From an uncultured virus (IMG/VR IMGVR_UViG_3300006213_002314) (Duplodnaviria > Heunggongvirae > Uroviricota > Caudoviricetes): a stretch of 64,000 nucleotides of DNA. Each line of letters begins with the position of its first letter. The first letter of the stretch is position 1. The notes under the pieces were generated by a model. The model did not search any database. It was given only the letters and a program-made list of their open reading frames with translations, and had not been told where the DNA came from. The stretch lies in the IMG/VR virus record IMGVR_UViG_3300006213_002314; one strand, written 5' to 3'. A program made the position numbers and the translations under genes. This document shows positions 60,334-64,000 of this stretch, in pieces.

Positions 60334-61077
60334 TCATTCTGTCGCACCTAGCTCCTTCTCGATCTCGGACATTCTTTCCAAAATCGTTCTTGAATACTCC
60401 GTCTCGTATATGCCTTTTTCCCACAAATCCAAGGCTCCCGTTCCATACGAATTTCTGCCGCCCCTGTTGTAATACATAAGTACCAGCCTTTCATCCTCGT
60501 ACTTTTCTGTAAGCTCAGCCAAATAGTCTATCCCAACTTTGATGTTCTGGTATGGATTAAGCAAATCTTTGCAGTTCAGCTTCTCCATTCGTTCTTCATG
60601 CCACATCTGATAAATCTGCATATATCCTTTACTTTTTCCATCGTCTCCCAACGCATCGTATCGGTACTGACTTTCCCTCTCTATGAGGGCCACTACCATC
60701 GGATAGGAAATACCGTTTTGCTCACAAAGGCATTGTGTATATACCTGCACTACCTCCGGAAAGCATCCCCCTGTCTCCAAGCATTTATCGGGCAATTCAT
60801 AGAAACGATATATCACTTCACCTGCTCCCCAATCTGCCGACATCGTGTTATACGGAAATGTGAAATTTACCGGATCAAGATTACTGGCTGTAATCACATC
60901 AGACGGCAAATCCTCTTTTATATCTGACGCCGCTTCTACTGTCTCTGGCTGCATTGCCATAGGACATACTTCTTTCCCATTTAAACCCTGCAACGTCGCT
61001 CCGAGAAAAAGCATCGACGCAGATACCGCTATCAGCTTTGCTTCTGAGTGTATTCTTTTCTTCTTCACATTCTCCAC
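60334..61077 (-). CDS. lytic transglycosylase (SLT domain) with N-terminal hydrophobic segment
   Basis: ALIERES...GYMQI...NPYQNIKVG..YL...YYNRG. Confidence 0.8.
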   Translation of the reverse strand: MENVKKKRIHSEAKLIAVSASMLFLGATLQGLNGKEVCPMAMQPETVEAASDIKEDLPSDVITASNLDPVNFTFPYNTMSADWGAGEVIYRFYELPDKCLETGGCFPEVVQVYTQCLCEQNGISYPMVVALIERESQYRYDALGDDGKSKGYMQIYQMWHEERMEKLNCKDLLNPYQNIKVGIDYLAELTEKYEDERLVLMYYNRGGRNSYGTGALDLWEKGIYETEYSRTILERMSEIEKELGATE

Positions 61078-61078
61078 C

Positions 61079-61582
61079 TCACTCCCCGTCTTTTAAGTGC
61101 TTATCGCAGACAATCTTGAATTCGCTTATCACTTCTACAAGGCTATTCAGATACTCCGATATCCCTCTTAGCGCTTCCAGTTCGTCATCGCTTATGCTCC
61201 CATCCTCTGTAATATCTATTAAACGGGTTTTCATTTTCTCAAGATCGTTCTGGTTCAGCCCCTTTAGGAGCCGAAGCGCAATTCCTTGTATGTTCTTTTC
61301 CTCCGTTGCCAAAGGAAGGAATCCGCATATCGGGCACTCATTCTTGCAGTAATTCGTCAACAACCACGGTGCATTGTAAAGATCGGCCATGAGTAAGACC
61401 TTGTCTGGCGGTACTCGTTTGACATTTCCAAGCTCGTAATCGCCAAGTGTATATGCCGCTATTCCGAGAAGCTCAGATGCCATCTCCCGGCTTGATAGCC
61501 TTTCGTCCCATCTTGCCGCCTGTTTTCTGGCCTGGTAATACACATTTTGGTTTTCTTTTATAGGGTTCTTTCCCATTCTCAT
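61079..61582 (-). CDS. HTH transcriptional regulator
   Basis: SRE.ASELLGI...TL..YELG...YC..ECPI...DI.EDG.I...E. Confidence 0.7.
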   Translation of the reverse strand: MRMGKNPIKENQNVYYQARKQAARWDERLSSREMASELLGIAAYTLGDYELGNVKRVPPDKVLLMADLYNAPWLLTNYCKNECPICGFLPLATEEKNIQGIALRLLKGLNQNDLEKMKTRLIDITEDGSISDDELEALRGISEYLNSLVEVISEFKIVCDKHLKDGE

Positions 61583-61604
61583 TTACCTGTCTTTCACTTA
61601 TAAT

Positions 61605-62087
61605 TTACTTAGCACCTGTTGGAACTACCGGCACTTCGATTTTGAGAACTTCATTGATTTTTTCAATAACAGGTTCGTCCATTGCGTGTCCGTTCAGCAC
61701 CAGCGATAATCTGTCACGGTTGAAACCTACGGCTTTACTCAGATGGGCCATGTTCATTTTCTGAACATACATCTTTGATCTCACCTCACCGCACCATTCA
61801 TCCGATGGAAGCGGCGGTTTCTCCGGCAATACCTGCACATCCAAGACTTCGTTGATCTTTTTCGCAATGTCAAGGTAATTGCTCTTTACAATACGTCCGC
61901 TGAGAAGAGCCGCCACCACCGTATAGCCGTAGCCAATCTTCTCTGACACACTTTGCAGGTTCGTTTTCTTTTTTGGGAGCGCAGACCTCACTTCTATGCT
62001 CCACTCTGAAAGACTAACATACACTTGCGTTTCACTCCTTTCTCGCATTTGTGTTTTACTTTTTCGTGCCTGCGTGTTATAATACAA
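61605..62087 (-). CDS. Cro-like regulator with two tandem HTH repeats
   Basis: Internal duplication SEW..EVRS.L...I.E.L and DEW..EVRS.M...INEVL; divergent from the repressor; true start may be about 62024. Confidence 0.65.
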   Translation of the reverse strand: MYYNTQARKSKTQMRERSETQVYVSLSEWSIEVRSALPKKKTNLQSVSEKIGYGYTVVAALLSGRIVKSNYLDIAKKINEVLDVQVLPEKPPLPSDEWCGEVRSKMYVQKMNMAHLSKAVGFNRDRLSLVLNGHAMDEPVIEKINEVLKIEVPVVPTGAK

Positions 62088-62173
62088 TTACGATTATTTA
62101 CAAACTCGCAGGTACTATGAAACAGCGCAATTCCAATCTCGCAAATTTGATTTTATTGATGTTTCATGTATAT

Positions 62174-62223
62174 ATTATACTACATTTTTGCGAGTTTGTA
62201 AATAGTTTTGCTCGTATTTGCGT
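62174..62223 (-). promoter_or_regulatory. leftward early promoter with operator sites
   Basis: TTTACA (62197-62202), 17 nt, TATAAT (62174-62179); same ATATACAT flank as the duplicated promoters; operator CTCGTATTTGCGT at 62211-62223. Confidence 0.75.
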
Positions 62224-62248
62224 ATTATTTACTGTATGGAGGTAAAAC

Positions 62249-62614
62249 ATGGAAATCATCGAACGAATCTCGCAGACTCTCAAAGAGCGGGATAAAACAG
62301 CTATTGATCTGTGTAAGACACTGGATATCCAGACTTCCACTATGTCAACATGGAAAGCTCGCAAAAAGGACCCACCTGCACGCTATATGCCTACAATCGC
62401 AAGGTTTCTCGGCGTTTCGCTTGATTACTTGCTGACAGGTCAGGAGCCACCTGCAGTCCAGAAGACTACCAGCACGGAAGACGAATTACTGGACCTCTTC
62501 CGTATGTTGCCTGTCGAAAGACAACAACGATATCTCGGGCGTTTGGAAAATGAGGTTGAAAGCTACACGAAAGAATTGAAATATCTCGACGAAGGGAAAA
62601 GATTATCAATATAA
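62249..62614 (+). CDS. XRE-family phage repressor (CI-like)
   Basis: HTH (LCKTLDIQTSTMSTWK...IARFLGVSLDYLLTG); divergent position in lysogeny module. Confidence 0.85.
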   Translation: MEIIERISQTLKERDKTAIDLCKTLDIQTSTMSTWKARKKDPPARYMPTIARFLGVSLDYLLTGQEPPAVQKTTSTEDELLDLFRMLPVERQQRYLGRLENEVESYTKELKYLDEGKRLSI

Positions 62615-62665
62615 CTTGGTGCCATATGCACAGCAGGCGTAAAAAATCCAAACCACGGAGGCCAT

Positions 62666-62989
62666 ATGTGTAACCAAACAGAATACTTCACACTTGCAAG
62701 GGCGGAAGAGTGTGCCGGCCATGATGCCGCCGCTCTTCTTTTTTACCTTTCTTCCTTCTGCGCAAAATTTAACAACGGATCGGTAAGCTATCCTTACCGG
62801 GAAACTGCAAAAATCCGAAAACTACAGCTCCGGCTCAGCATTCCGGATTATCAGGTATTTGATCTGATCCATTCGTATGGACCGCTCACTGATATACAGT
62901 GCAGGTGTCTGCTGTATTTTTCTATCCACGGCTGTCTATCCGGAATTTATTCGGTTCTGGAAAACAGCCCTGTGAGAAATGGAGGCTAA
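62666..62989 (+). CDS. hypothetical protein in lysogeny module
   Basis: ORF track; GGAGG RBS. Confidence 0.55.
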   Translation: MCNQTEYFTLARAEECAGHDAAALLFYLSSFCAKFNNGSVSYPYRETAKIRKLQLRLSIPDYQVFDLIHSYGPLTDIQCRCLLYFSIHGCLSGIYSVLENSPVRNGG

Positions 62990-63563
62990 AATGAATCAAC
63001 TTAACGGAAACGAGGAATTTACTCTCGGTGGTAAAAACTCCGGAATAACAGTTAATGAATTCTGGAGCTGGGCGTATTCTGATCTGCTCAATAATACATA
63101 CCGTGGAGTGCTGGCAGAGTTCCTTGTTGAAAAATCTCTGGCTCAAAATACCCCCCCCCGCACGCAAATGCGAGTTGACTGGGCTCCATACGACTTAATC
63201 AGTCCAACCGGGAGGCGGATTGAGGTAAAATCTGCCGCTTACCTCCAATCCTGGGAACAAGATTATTATTCCAAAATTATCTTTGACATTGCTCCTCACC
63301 GAGCATGGGATGCTAAAACCGGATTTGCTCCAGAGGCAAAACGAAATTCCGACTTATACGTGTTCTGTGTCTACACAGCACTCAGTAGAGACGAATCTAT
63401 GTTAAACCTTGATCTATGGGATTTTTATGTTCTTCCAACTTCTGTTCTGAACGAAAGGGTCCCGGTTCAAAAAACAATCGGTCTGCAATCCCTTCAAAAA
63501 TTGTGTCCTATCAAAGCAAACTATTCTGAACTTGGTGGAATTATAGAAACTATTCAACTGTAA
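62979..63563 (+). CDS. PD-(D/E)XK restriction-endonuclease-like protein
   Basis: RGVLAEFLV...PYDL...IEVKSAAY. Confidence 0.65.
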   Translation: MEAKMNQLNGNEEFTLGGKNSGITVNEFWSWAYSDLLNNTYRGVLAEFLVEKSLAQNTPPRTQMRVDWAPYDLISPTGRRIEVKSAAYLQSWEQDYYSKIIFDIAPHRAWDAKTGFAPEAKRNSDLYVFCVYTALSRDESMLNLDLWDFYVLPTSVLNERVPVQKTIGLQSLQKLCPIKANYSELGGIIETIQL

Positions 63564-63576
63564 AGGAAGTGATAAC

Positions 63577-64000
63577 ATGAGACTGCCTAACGGCTATGGA
63601 AGTGTTGTAAAGCAATCCGGAAAACGCCGGAAGCCATATATCGTCCGGAAAACTGCCGGCTATCATTACGATGCTGAAAAAGACAGGCAGGTACAAGACT
63701 ATATAATTATTGGTTATGCGAAAACTAAGGCGGAAGGGCTGCGTATGCTGGCTGAGTACAACAGTAATCCTTTTGATACTAAGGCTGCCAAAATGACGTT
63801 CGCAGATGTGTATGCAGAGTGGTCCAAAAAGAAATACCCAACCGTCTCTGACTCCAACGTAAAAGGGTACACTGCCTCTTACCGAGCCTGCGGGCCTTTG
63901 TACAACAAAGTATTCAAAGACATTAAGCTCAAAGACCTCCAGGATGTAATCGACGGATGCGGCAAGAATTACCCCACGTTGAAAAAGATCAAAATTCTCT
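63577..64000 (+). CDS. int: tyrosine integrase, N-terminal part (truncated by window)
   Basis: Read manually: MRLPNGYGSVVKQSGKRRKPY...IGYAKTKAEGL..LAEYN...TFADVY.EW. Confidence 0.85.
   Translation, partial: MRLPNGYGSVVKQSGKRRKPYIVRKTAGYHYDAEKDRQVQDYIIIGYAKTKAEGLRMLAEYNSNPFDTKAAKMTFADVYAEWSKKKYPTVSDSNVKGYTASYRACGPLYNKVFKDIKLKDLQDVIDGCGKNYPTLKKIKIL

Larger units (their letters stand above)
300..64000. mobile_element. temperate prophage, contractile-tailed (PBSX/Xkd-like tail), right end beyond window; left boundary approximate
   Basis: Integrase, repressor, replication, terminase, portal, capsid, sheath, tube, tape measure, baseplate and lysin genes in canonical order. Confidence 0.93.

Noticed and set aside
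562..61352. Many plus-strand ORFs in the six-frame track
   Set aside because: They are antisense shadows of well-supported minus-strand genes, with no recognisable motifs or RBSs.

Overview
Almost the whole window is one temperate prophage of a Clostridia/Lachnospiraceae-like Firmicute, with a contractile tail of the PBSX/Xkd type. It runs from about 0.3 kb to beyond the right edge, where the integrase is cut off. Nearly all genes are on the minus strand. From right to left: lysogeny module (integrase, nuclease-like gene, XRE repressor), early/replication genes (RecT, exonuclease, replisome organiser, helicase loader, RusA), a DNA-modification module beside the terminase, head, tail and baseplate genes, a complete diversity-generating retroelement (DGR: target-avd-TR-RT), lysis genes, a non-coding hub at 14.8-15.7 kb, and about 15 kb of small accessory genes. 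Main observations: (1) The DGR has two targets, a tail-module gene and a paralog about 16 kb away in the accessory block. All 12 and 9 TR/VR mismatches fall at TR adenines, and both VRs are followed by a hairpin with the same GGGA loop. (2) A non-canonical 70-nt tRNA-Gly(CCC)-like cloverleaf sits directly upstream of an adenine-MTase/Mom-like fusion gene, suggesting tRNA-dependent DNA modification with a dedicated tRNA (inference). (3) The non-coding hub holds a perfect parS palindrome, tandem DnaA boxes and iteron-like repeats, while the initiator gene shows no such repeats. (4) A 77-bp consensus promoter/operator is duplicated, and its operator motif recurs across the prophage. Protein family calls come from motif recognition by eye, not database searches.
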